Shown here: positions 27,935 through 38,741 of the stretch, in pieces | Layout of the letters: each line of letters begins with the position of its first letter | Numbering within the stretch: the first letter of the stretch is position 1 | Assembly: GCA_028534125.1 (NCBI GenBank) | Contig: CM052824.1 | Location: forward strand, 17,670,001-17,734,000 | Direction of reading: 5' to 3' | Origin: Lama glama | Lineage: Eukaryota | DNA length: 64,000 bases | The notes under the pieces: generated by a model | Database searches by the model: none | Told to the model about the DNA's origin: nothing | Seen by the model: only the letters and a program-made list of their open reading frames with translations | Position numbers and translations under genes: made by a program

Positions 27935-28140
27935 TGGGAGAAAAAGAAACAAATTTTAATTCATGCACATGGAGGTCCCATAGAAATGGGACCTAAGAAG
28001 TAGCCAAAGCAGGCAGCTTTTATACTTTTTAGACAAAGAAACAATAAATTTGGGAGGAATTTTTTTTAAGGTTTTTTTTTTGAGCCTGTAGACAGTTCAA
28101 TGAGAATTTGGGCGACTGCTGATAACAAAATTGTCTTACA
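27935..28140 (-). mobile_element. Probable ERV1-class LTR fragment
   Basis: ccaaagcaggcagcttttatactttttagacaaagaaacaataaattt resembles laurasiatherian ERV1 LTRs as recalled. Family uncertain. Confidence 0.45.
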
Positions 28141-29235
28141 CTCAGCAAAATCATTGCCTGGACATTTATTTAAAGGCAGAAGTCCAAAGAAAGGTGCACT
28201 GGACCCTCATGTTCCCTCCCTCTCCCAACCCTGTCCCTCCCCCTCCCCATGATGTAAAAGCAACCATTGTTGAAAGGTTATGTAGAATAAAGGAAAAGAC
28301 AGAGGATATAAGTGAACAAATTAAGGCGCCTCACTAGGAGCCTTGCCTTAGCTAGAATCACCTTGGTTATCTCCACCTCAATTTGCCCAGCAACCTGACA
28401 TCAGAAAGATGTTTACAATGTTTTAGGCAGCACGACCCAATTTTTGCTTTTCACCCAGGTGTGTGGCAACGGACCAGATGTTTGGCATCAAGGAAGCAAA
28501 CATCCATGTGACCAAGCTGTTTACATTTCATTAGGATTTTTCATCAGGAAGGAGCACTCCCTGCTGATGTACATCTTAATTACAATTAGGAGCAGTATTT
28601 ACCCTGAGGAGCTTCCAGATTAGCACAACCACACTGTAGGATCAGTTTCAGAATCATCCTCAAAAAATGTGGTTCCCACTTCCCCAAAGTCATCTCTATG
28701 AAATCAAAATTCACACACAACTTCCTTCCAGGGTGTATTTTCTACCACGAAAATTATTAGCTAGATTTTGGTCAAAACGAATTCTGTAGTCATGGTCTAG
28801 GTAGTGAATAGGTCTTTCCCCCTCAACTGCTAAATAGCCCAGAGCCTTTTTCCCCCTAAAGCACAGCGCTAACTTAAAAATGAAAGATGCATGATAAAAG
28901 AGCACGGGTTGGGGCTGGGGGTGGGGGAGGGAAGAATCCAGGGGCTCCAGCACCCCCTCAAGGGATGCATGTTAAAAGTGAGGCCTAAGACCCTGGAGAC
29001 TTTAATCAACTTTCCCCCTCCAACCTCCAAAGAATGAATCGTTGTCTCCACAGGCGCAGCCGGGCTCTTCCCCCTCATTGTGTACCGGCTCAGACGCAGC
29101 AAGGATCCGAGCTTCCCGCAGCGAGCTAAGACTCTCGGGCTTTCGGTGAAGTCTTTCTCTAACTGTTGCAATTGTCTTTGGAGATTACCAAAATCAAGTA
29201 TGCATTAGTTGGCTTTCCCTCCCCTTGTTTGTTAA

Positions 29236-29263
29236 CACACACACACATACACACACACACACA
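29236..29263. repeat. (CA)n microsatellite at the CpG-island edge
   Basis: Seen directly. Confidence 0.9.
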
Positions 29264-29876
29264 CGTGCACTTCGGAGCAGCAGGCCGTCTCTGACAGCAC
29301 ATTTTGCACAAAGTGGCGGCGGCGGCGGCAGCGCACACGTTGTGGCCTCCATCGTGACCCTCAAGAAGGCCAGCGAGCCGGGGACGCTGGAGATGCGAGG
29401 CCGCCCGAGCCCCAGGAGGACAGGGCTTTTGTTTGGGTCGTTCAGTGGACAGCCTAGGTTCTCTCAGGCACTCCTGAAAACACAAACTCCCTCCAGGACC
29501 GCTGAGATGTGGGGTCAGGATGGACTTGTCTGAACACCGGTTGGGGCGCGTTAGGGGTCCAGCGAGAGATGCGGGGACGAAAGGCATCCCATCGCCCCAC
29601 AACCCCCAACCTCTCCACGCTTCCTGTCAGCGCTGACAACTGCGACTGGGCGCTGAGGAAGAAGTGCCCGGTCGCACCCCCGGCCCTCAGCGGGGCTCCA
29701 GGGTGAATCCTCGCCTGCCTCCCCGGCGCCTGGAGTCGCGCTGGCGAGACCCCCGACGGGACGCCGGCAGCCCCCCGAGGCGGGCGCGGCGCTTCCTGTG
29801 CGCCCAGCCCCGGGCCGGCCGACGGAAGGGTGGTAGAGGCCGGGCGGGCCCGCGAGCCGGCCGATGCGCCTCTTAC

Positions 29877-29967
29877 CTTGGGCAGCGGCCCCGCGCGCCG
29901 CNNNNNNNNNNNNNNNNNNNNNNNNNNNNNNNNNNNNNNNNNNNNNNNNNNNNNNNNNNNNNNNNNN
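29877..29967 (-). CDS. ROR1: ROR1 coding exon 1 (signal peptide). Only 29877-29901 is visible; the start codon is predicted near 29967, inside the N gap.
   Basis: Minus strand 29901-29877 reads GCG GCG CGC GGG GCC GCT GCC CAA G|gtaaga = AARGAAAQ plus a phase-1 donor. This matches the end of the ROR1 signal peptide as recalled (MHRPRRRGTRPPLLALLAALLLAARGAAAQ-E; 91 coding nt in exon 1). The upstream sequence matches the recalled ROR1 5' UTR, and the 143-nt gap fits the missing ~66 coding nt plus ~75 UTR nt. Confidence 0.92.
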
Positions 29968-30044
29968 NNNNNNNNNNNNNNNNNNNNNNNNNNNNNNNNN
30001 NNNNNNNNNNNNNNNNNNNNNNNNNNNNNNNNNNNNNNNNNNNN

Positions 30045-30380
30045 TCCCGGCTACCTCGTCCCGGCCGCTCTCCTCGCAGGATACCGCGGGCGTCTGCTAA
30101 GTTCTTTGTCCCTCTAACCTGCTCCTTCGCCTCAGCCCGGCCCTTCAGGACCCCGTAAGCGCAGTCCCTCCACAGCCCTCCGGTTGCAGCCTCGCCGCGG
30201 CCGGTCGGTTCAGTCCGCGCCGTCGGGGTCGCACTCGCGGAGGACGAGTCTCGCCGGCTCGGGCTCTGAGGAGAGCGCGCCCTGCGCCCGGGGGCTGCCG
30301 TCCCGGGGCTCCCTCCGTGGCGGCTGCGGCGGCTCCTCCCGCTCTGCGCGCTCGCTCTCTTGCTCTCAGCCTCCCTCAAC
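30045..30380 (-). other. ROR1: ROR1 5' UTR, visible part of exon 1 (TSS approximately 30340-30380)
   Basis: The minus strand contains gagggagccccgggacggcagccc...gcgaggctgca...ggagcaggttagagggacaaaga...agcggccgggacgagg, closely resembling the recalled human ROR1 mRNA leader. No upstream ATG in the visible part. Confidence 0.85.
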
Positions 30381-30420
30381 TTGTCACTTTTCACCAACTC
30401 TCCAGCCCAGCGCCTGCCCC

Positions 30421-30429
30421 GACCAATGG
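30421..30429 (+). promoter_or_regulatory. Inverted CCAAT (NF-Y-type) box in the ROR1 proximal promoter
   Basis: GACCAATGG fits RRCCAATSR, roughly 45-85 bp upstream of the inferred TSS. No TATA box visible. Confidence 0.5.
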
Positions 30430-30734
30430 CAGACGCGGGTCCAGGCCGGCGACCCAGCGCCCTCTGCTGCCGCCTCTCCACACCCGGACTCCCAGAGTCG
30501 TTCCTTCCGCGCCGCTCGCAAACCCTCCTCCCCTCCCCCACGACACCTCAAACCTGCAGCGGGACCTGAGCCCTTCGGGCCCTCGCGGCCATTTGACAGA
30601 AAGGGAAACCGAGGCTCAGGGAAACTTGGCCGGGTTCGCAAACCAGTTTGTGGCTGAATGACTCAGGAGACCCAGATTCTAGGGGTCTCAACCCTGCCAC
30701 TGTTAGCTGTGTGACCCTGGGTAATAGAAAATTT

Positions 30735-31140
30735 AGTGATATGTAGTTCCCCTTTTGAATTCCTCTTTGACCCACGTGATTTGTTTTCCCATTTTGTCTC
30801 TATTTCTAGTATCATCGCATTGAAATCAGTGTCATCTGTACAGTTTTCTCTTGGAGATTTATTGAGGACTTCGTGGTCAGTTTTTGCCAGTGTCCCCGCT
30901 GATCTCTTGAAAGGTGTTTTTCTGTCTTCGGAATGTGGAGATGGGTGACTATCTCCATTTGATATTTATATTTGTCATGTTACTTAGGCCTTCTGTATCT
31001 TTGCATTTTTTTTTTTTTTGTCCAGCTGTTCCACCATGGGCCAAGGGGGTCATTAAAGTCTCCTACTCACAGTATGTTTTTATCCATTTCTCCTGGTTAA
31101 GCATTATGAATTTTGTGATCCATAAATACTCATGGCCATT
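30735..31140 (-). mobile_element. Ancient degenerate L1 ORF2 fragment
   Basis: T-rich sequence with ttcctctttgaccca...ggagatttattgag...tggtcagttttt, typical of antisense L1M ORF2. Confidence 0.5.
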
Positions 31141-32269
31141 TGGCTTTCCTTGTGGAGAGGGCCTTTGATCATACAGAGTGGTGAGCACCTGCTGTGTTCC
31201 AGGCCCTGCTTTAGGCTATGAGGATGCAAGAGTCATAGAGACACCAGTCTTGTCCTAGAGGAACACCAAGAAGCCCACTTACTGAATATCTCCTGATTGC
31301 CTAGTGCTTTGTGTGCATTTGCTCATGAATCTTCCACTAACACTTTTAAAAAATCATTACAAATACTTATACCTCTTTGCACTTTTACAATAGATTATGC
31401 TCATAATATGGCTTTAGAAACGAGGTACAAAAAGAGAATATGTGACTTGCCTGCAGTCACACAGACAACAGATGGCCAAGCCAAGACTCAGTCCCTTTAC
31501 CGTGATGGGGCTAAAAGTTCTTGGCCAGAGCCTGGCATATAACAAGCTCTCAGTCAGTGGCAGGGGGTGTAATTGCTGCAGCAATAGCCTCTAAGAACCC
31601 AGCTTTAGGATTTTATAATGAGCAGTCACCTTGTTGAAGGCAAGGGCTTTGTAGCCCAAAGTACGTCCCAGCAGGTCAGACTCGCAGCCCTCTGCCTTCG
31701 GGCAGGTGAATGGCTAACCCATGTAGGACAAACGGTCACTTATTCTTCTCAAGACTTCAGGGCAGGGGCATCCCCAGCTGCCTTGCTAGCTTTCCCCCTC
31801 TCTATCACTCTGACCTGAGGTCAGGGAATGATAGACAGAGAGGCCTTGGGTCAACCACTTTATCGCCCAAATAGGTCTGTCCTCCAAGTTTCTCTGCCTG
31901 AGACTCATTCAGTCCTGTCTCAATTATCTCCAGGCTCTTGCCTGAGGAACTTCCTGCACAAGGTTCTCTTGTTAGAAAACTGTCTTTGATGGTTGGCCTC
32001 AATATACTATGGCCCAGAAGTCAGAGCAATCTCAGGACACTGCACATTGCTGAAAAGTTTTCCATCATCCATAGAATAACTCTCAGCTGAGAGACAAGGA
32101 CCCTTTCCTGTCCACCCACCCTGCCCCCAAACCCCACCCCATAACTGCTTGGCCCAGGTAGCTTAGGTAACAGATGGCTGCCAGTGCTGAGTATACAGAA
32201 CTTAATGGCACTTTTATCAGTACTTAAACTTTCCAGGAACTTAATCACAGAATCATAGACGTGAGGAAT

Positions 32270-33910
32270 GTGACAGCTAAAAAGGGCCCTGGAAATTAAC
32301 TTGTATACCCACCCCCCTAACATTTTATAGAGGAGAAACGTGGGACTCGGGGAGGTGAAACTTCCATGCCCAAGGTCCCACAGCTGGCAAGAGCCAAATC
32401 TGGAACCCGCATCAACTAGTCCAGACCTGGGTAAGCACTCCTTCAGTCCTCCTGGATCCCTGGAAGTTCAGCTAGAACATACTAGTTCCCAAAGGATAGG
32501 TTAGAAAAGGGCTTTTCCTGTTTAAAAAAAAAAAAAAAGACAAAGGAAATATTTATGCAATCCAGTAAATGCCAGTGCTGAGGAGTGCAGGCTGCCTGGG
32601 CTCAAGCTCCAGCTTTTCTGGTCTCTGCTGAGTGACCGTGGACACATATCTTAGTCCCTCTGTGCTTCAGACTCTCATCTTTAAAGTGGTGATGGTAATA
32701 ATAGTACCTAGTCCATACTGCTGTGAACGTTAAATGAATTAATGCATATAAAGTGCTTCCATGAATGTCTGGCACTTAATAAATGTAGAATATAAGAACA
32801 TCATCATCATCTTCATTATTATTATTATTTACATATGTGAGCTTACTTAGACCATCAAAATTCCTATGAGGTCAGTGTCGTCTCTATTTTTCACAGGCAG
32901 AGAAACTAAAGTAAAATGAGGTTAAGAAACTTGCCCAAAGTCACAAAATTAAAGCAAAAACATAGGGCTCAAGCCTAAGTGAAATCTCTCCCTACATTAT
33001 ACCCAAATAGTGGGATGTGCGAAAAGCGCACAGAAATGTTCCTTCTGCAGACCTCCAACGGCCCCACCCTCTCCCGTAACCAAGCCAGTCCTTGATACAA
33101 ATGGATCAGATAACCCAGGAGGAGCCACTCTCCTCAGAGAGTCCTGGTTCCAGCTGCGAGGTACCCGCTGAGGCCCCTGCTGCTTAGAGAGGCAGCCATC
33201 TACCAGTGGCCTCTCCCACTAGCACACACTCAGGCTCTGTTTATTATCACTGTGGACACTTAGAAGGCACAGGCATGGGCAAGTCGTAATGGGAAGGTGG
33301 AAAAGTATTGGGATAGTGACACATCGACGGTGTCAAGCACCAAGGAGCATGTAAAAGAAACTCCCTTACATTTCTGAAAGTTGTTGGAAAAGGAGATTTC
33401 ATTTGGGGCATTTTCCTGATTTACCCCAAGACACAGCCTTAATTTTTCATCTTGGAGAAACCAAGTAGCATGATGGTTACAAGTGAGAACCCAGGAGCCA
33501 CCTTACACGGATTCAAATCCTGGCTTTGCTCTCTTAATAGTTGTAAGAGCCTGAATCTCTGTTTTGCAGTTTCCTCACAGTAATACTTACCAACTAATTT
33601 TGCTCTGCAGATTTAATTAGTTAATACTTGTAAAGGGTTTAGCACAGTGTCTATCACACAGCAATCAGCCAATTATGATTGTTAGCTATTATTATTAGTG
33701 ATTAAGAACAAGTGCCCTCACATTAGGTAGACCTGGCCAGATGATGTGAACAAATTATCTGACTTCCTTATGATGCAATATCCTCATCTGAAAAAAAAAA
33801 AGAGACATAACAATAGACCCAATCACATAAAGTTATTTCAAGTATTAAAATAATATACTATATACCTGAATATAAAAGTCTCAACACAGTGTTTGGCATA
33901 GCACCCATTT
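32270..33910. mobile_element. Cluster of MIR copies (~32270-32410 -, 32580-32785 +, 32850-32980 -, 33465-33690 +, 33700-33910 +)
   Basis: Repeated MIR core motifs in both orientations. Confidence 0.7.
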
Positions 33911-34148
33911 GATAAATTGTTTATTTTTTTTTCTCTAAAATTCTGCATTATGGGGTGAGAGAGGGACATAAATTTGGTGATCATACAGCCTGGATTTCTG
34001 GTGCAATCTTGATTTCATAAATTTTGTTCCATTAGCTTCAAAGATCTATTTGTATAGTGGGTAAAAAAGATGATAGAAAGACAAATTTGCTTCCCTTTTG
34101 CACCCAATGTTGTTTTCTTCTTATCCATGTCCATACCTTTGAGACGCT

Positions 34149-34200
34149 GTGTGTGTGTGTGTGCATGCATGTGTTGTGCGTGTGTGTGTATATGTGTGTG
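34149..34200. repeat. Imperfect (TG)n microsatellite
   Basis: Seen directly. Confidence 0.9.
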
Positions 34201-34224
34201 TAACATCTCCTTAATCTAGTATCA

Positions 34225-36200
34225 CCATCAGAAATTCATTAACAAGAAATTCAAGTTCAGTAATGGATTGTTATTAACTAATACCAAGATGTTATAGCCT
34301 AAATGAAACTTCTGAAAAGAAAGGACAGGAGAAAAATCTTAGTAATCTTGGGTTTGGTGAAGATTTATGAAAGAAGACACAAAATCCATGAACTCTTAAG
34401 AAGATATTAATAAGTTGGACTTCTTCAAAATTAAAAGCAATTGCTTTTTGAAAGACATTGTTGTGAAAATTAAAAGGTAAGCACAGACTAGGGTAAAATT
34501 TTGCAAAACATGTCTGACTAGGGGCTTGCATCTGGAATAAACAAAGCACTCTTACAACTCAATGATAAGACGAGAAACAACCTAATTGTTTAAATGGGCA
34601 AAATATTGGAACAAAACCCACCAAAGATGATATACAGATGGCAAAGAAACACATGAAAAAATGTTCAGCATCATTAATGATCAAGGAAATGCAATGCAAA
34701 ACCACACTGGGATAATACTACATACCTAACAGAGTGGCTAAAGTTAAAAAGGGGAACCATATCAATTGTTGGCAAGGATGCGGAGCAACAAGAACTTTCA
34801 TGTGTTCCTGGTGGGAATGAGAAATAGTACAATCACTTTGGAAAACAGTTTTGCAATGAAGAGATAAACCTACATCTGCCATATGATCCAGCCATTCCAC
34901 TTCTGGATTTTTACCGAGGACAAATGAAAATCTATGTCCATTCAATGACTTGCACATGAAAATCTATGGCAGCTTTGTTTGTAATTGCCAAAAATTAAAA
35001 ACAACCCAAATGTCTACCAGTGGGTGAGTAGATAAACTCTGTTGTCCATACAATGAAATACTACTCATCAGTAACAAGGAATAAATTATTAGTACATATA
35101 ATAACATGGATGAATATAAAAATAATTATGCTAAGTGACAGAAGCTAGATATCTAAAAATAATATATACTACATGATCCAATTTATACGAAATTCTAGAA
35201 AATTCAGACCAACCTGTACTGACAAAAAGCAGATTACTGTTTACCTGGGGATGGAGAAATGCAAGGACAGAAGACAAACAGGCATAAGGACACTTTGGGG
35301 AATGATGGATATGTTTACTATCTTGATTGTGGGGATGGTTTCACAGGTGTATACATATGTCAAAACTTATTGCATCAGTCTGGATCCAGTTAGGAGATAG
35401 AAACCACATCACAGAGAAAGCAGGAGACATTTAATAGGTAGAATTATTAACTATCATAAAAGAGTAACAAGAGGTAAAGAAACCATATATGTACTCCAAA
35501 AATGACAAACTTAAAAGAGGTTCAGATCTCACTGGAGAAGGTATGATTTAGCCCACCAGATAGCAGCAAACTTCACTGGCTCAGCCAGACTAAAGCAAGC
35601 ATTAGGCACCCCTCTTGAGAGCACCCAATGGCATGAGTGTGCAGTAGAAGTCTGGGCGCTGATCCGGACAGGAGGCTTTCCAAACACGTGAGCCTTATGG
35701 GGTTCGCAGAGGGAGCTCCAGCTCTGTGTGTATCTCCCTACCCTCTGGAGCCACAGGTAGGCTGTGGGGACTCACAGAAGGAACAGCTGCTCAACGTGTG
35801 ACCATCTGAGTCACAGGTGCCTGCATGTGAGCTACACTGAAGCTTTGGCTTCCATGTTGAAAGGCTGCGAAAATGATTATCACCAGGCCAAGGATAGAAG
35901 GTGGCAGAGAGATGGAGTTCTGGGCTTGTGCAGGGGCAGCTCCCAACCATGTTCTCACCCTCACACCTCTCAGCCCATGCTGAAAACTGCAAGAAGCCTC
36001 TTCCTCCTACAATGTCCCTCCAGACCTTGCAACTGAAAAAGCTCACTTTAAAGGAGAAAATACTTAAAGAAATTCCATTATTTATTATATAGCATATATT
36101 GAAGAATTGAGAGCAATAAACTGATAACTGACAGGCTCGTCAAATTATACACTTTAAATATATTACATTTAGTGTATATCAGTTATACCTCAACAAACTT
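34225..36200 (+). mobile_element. Old L1M (L1MC/ME-type) ORF2 end + 3' UTR, interrupted by an LTR at 35371-36135
   Basis: aaatgggcaaa, ccatatgatccagccattccacttct, aacaacccaaatgtc; the 3' UTR resumes after the LTR at caaattatacactttaaata. Confidence 0.85.
35371..36135 (-). mobile_element. ERVL-class solo LTR (LTR41/LTR50-like) nested in the L1 3' UTR
   Basis: Begins tgcatcagtctggatccagttaggagatagaaaccaca and ends gagagcaataaactgataactgaca. Degenerate 5-bp TSD cttat/ctcgt. Confidence 0.7.
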
Positions 36201-36299
36201 TCAAAGTAATACATGTTGACAGCCAAAGAACACCATTTGAGGAAATGTTCTAAACAAGACAGAGATAAAAATTAACTAGGAAAAAAGTAACGAGGAAGG

Positions 36300-37900
36300 A
36301 ATAGACTATTTAGATAGAAGAAAATTTACGCACAGACATATTCTGTCATTCACACATTCAGAGATAAGTGGAGATATTGCTTTTATGGAATAAGAACAGC
36401 ATGTAGGGGATGAGCAGAGGGAGGAAGATGCAGTGAAAAACAAACAACAAATAATCCTGGAAATTAAAAATAATTATTATGTCTAAAATAAAAAGAGAAG
36501 CCTTCGAGAAATGCTTTCAAAATTCTGAAGGAAAATTATTTTTTACTTAAAATTCTATACTCAGCTAAACTATCATTTGGAGCCTTGGAGAAATGCTTTC
36601 AAAATTCTCATGGGAAATTATTTTTTACTTAAAATTCTATACTCAGCTAAACATGTACTGACATGTGAAGCCTCAAACTTCCACATACCCTGTATTAGTT
36701 TCCTATGGCCTCTGTAACAAATTACCACAAACTTGGTAGTTTAAAACAATACCAATATATTCTCTTAGTTTGGTAGGCCAGAAGTCCAAAATCAGTTTTA
36801 CTGGGCTAAAGTCAAGGTATCATCAGGGCTGTTTCCTTCTGGAGGCTCTAGGGAGGAATATCGTTTTTTCCAGGTTGCAGAGCTGCATCCCTTGGATCAT
36901 GGGCCCTTCCTCCATCTTCAAAGCCAGCCAAAGGGCATCTCCAAATCTCTCTCTGNNNNNNNNNNNNNNNNNNNNNNNNNNNNNNNNNNNNNNNNNNNNN
37001 NNNNNNNNNNNNNNNNNNNNNNNNNNNNNNNNNNNNNNNNNNNNNNNNNNNNNNNNNNNNNNNNNNNNNNNNNNNNNNNNNNNNNNNNNNNNNAAATTCA
37101 CCAGGTTCTGGGGATTAGGACATGAGGATCTTTGGGGAGCCATTACTCAGCCTACCACATACCCTCTCCAAGGAAACTATCAGAGGATATATGGCAACTA
37201 TTCTGAAAGTAATTTTCCCACCCCACCCCCCAAAAAAACACATGGAATATAGGAAAAAGAGAAGAGAAAGGAATTTCCAGGATGATAATGAAGGCATGTT
37301 CCAGGAGAGAAAATGAATAACTAATCAGGGAGAATTAGCCAAGATTGGAACAGGTCTGAAGACTAGGAGAAAAATCACCATCAGATAGAATCTCAAGATG
37401 ATTTAGGTCTGAGACTCACTTTTGAGGAAAAGTTTTGGTGTAAATTGGTGATGAGCATATAGAAAACTAAACAAACACAAATATAAACTATTATTAACTC
37501 CATGGAATACAAAAAAAAATGTTGTACAGAAAAGAAAAATAAATATAGTATGTTGCATGGTCTTTAGCTGTAGCTAGAGATGACACAGAGATGTCTGAAT
37601 CTAACCAAAATTATAATCAATTATGATGAGAGAGTGGGAGGATGGAAGTATATGGTGGTGGTGGTCATGGTTGTGAAAGAGAGCTCATATTTCATAATGG
37701 AAAGTTAGTAGATATTAGCTAAAACTGAAATATCAAGATGTAGCTATGTGCTATTTAAGATCATGAAGAAAGAATTGAAAGAACTGAAATCAAGAAGTAG
37801 GTGTGGGGAAGGGGGATGGACGATGGGAGGACACCAGAATCACCGAGATGCTCAGTAAGTGGCCCTCCTTTGCAAGATAAGAGCAGATGGTAAAAAATGC
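36300..37900 (+). mobile_element. HAL1 / L1 ORF1-like relic, interrupted by an MLT1 LTR
   Basis: AFKILKENYF...ILYSAKLSF resembles the L1 ORF1 C-terminal motif. The A-rich downstream sequence does not look like ORF2. Confidence 0.55.
36691..37159 (-). mobile_element. MaLR solo LTR (MLT1C/D-like) with perfect 5-bp TSD
   Basis: tgtattagtttcct...aacaaattaccacaaact...cagcctaccaca. TSD taccc at 36686-36690 and 37160-37164. Confidence 0.9.
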
Positions 37901-37919
37901 TGTTATAAAATGAACTGTT

Positions 37920-38740
37920 GATAGCAATAGGGATGATAATATCCCAAAATAAAGGCCAGATGTAAGTGCTTAACCAAAGATGCAACATGCACACAATTAC
38001 TGTGATGAGTAGTGAGGTTGGAGGAGCAGCCAGGGAAGCCTGGCTCACGGAGTTATGGAGATGTTTAATAGAACACAGCATCCCTAGGAGTAAGATATGT
38101 TTGGAAGGCAACAAGGACACTGTTCAAAGCATTCAGCCAAAAGAAATCAAGGGTGGTTGATCAGAAGGTGGAGGAGAGCTTCTCCAGTTAAAAAAAAAAA
38201 AATCATGGGCCTTTATCAGGTTCCAGGCCAGGAACAGTTTTCTGACCAGAACTCAAATGACTAATGGAGAGACCAGATCCTCAGGAAGAAGGTCCCTACA
38301 ACAGTACAGCAAGTATATATATATATATATATAAAACTCTTCCCCAAGTAGGATGCAAGTGGCCCTGCTGCTTGGACCCACACGCTCCAGTAGACCCTAT
38401 GTTATTGGAGGGTGTCTATAGTGAGAATGTTGTATGGCATTAATAGCAACTTTCAGTAGAAGAATCACAGTATAGACTTCTCAGGTTTTGTGTGACCATG
38501 CCATGTGTAGTCAAGTATTACACACTATTCAAAAACCAGCATCCTCTTCCTGATGATTAGGGCCAATTGCTCCTGCCAGGATGATTACTGCTTTACTTGC
38601 CCACTGGCCTTTTGGCATGAGGAATCTAAAGGAGCTGGACAGCTGCTTAAAATTCAGCGAGACTCTTACTCTGAGCCTAGTGGAGCAGTTCCTTCCAGAG
38701 GGGCAAACTCCAAGGTTATGATGAAGTGAAGCACAAAGTT
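37920..38740. mobile_element. ERVL/MaLR internal fragments: gag/pol-like piece on + (to ~38543), dUTPase-like piece on - (38544-38740)
   Basis: Plus: ALLLGP/HAPVDPMLLE...VEESQYRLLRF, resembling ERVL pol. Minus: RVSLNFK...FLMPKGQWASKAVIILAGAIGPNHQEE, resembling ERVL dUTPase. Confidence 0.7.
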
Positions 38741-38741
38741 C

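Larger units (their letters stand above)
1..29876 (-). other. ROR1: ROR1 intron 1 (partial; continues past the window start)
   Basis: Canonical donor CAAG|GTAAGA at 29876. No exon 2 sequence (ETELSVSAEL...) seen. ROR1 intron 1 is known to be very large. Confidence 0.85.
29270..30650. promoter_or_regulatory. CpG island / ROR1 promoter
   Basis: Sharp rise in GC content and CpG density against CpG-depleted flanks; spans exon 1. Confidence 0.93.

Noticed and set aside
29441-29456. REST/NRSE-like motif (ttcagtggacagcc)
   Set aside because: Only a partial right half-site, and the spacing does not fit the canonical element.
29664-30661. Several long plus-strand ORFs over the CpG island (up to 164 aa)
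   Set aside because: Arg/Pro/Ala/Gly-rich chance frames caused by high GC and by reading through Ns; no recognisable domain.
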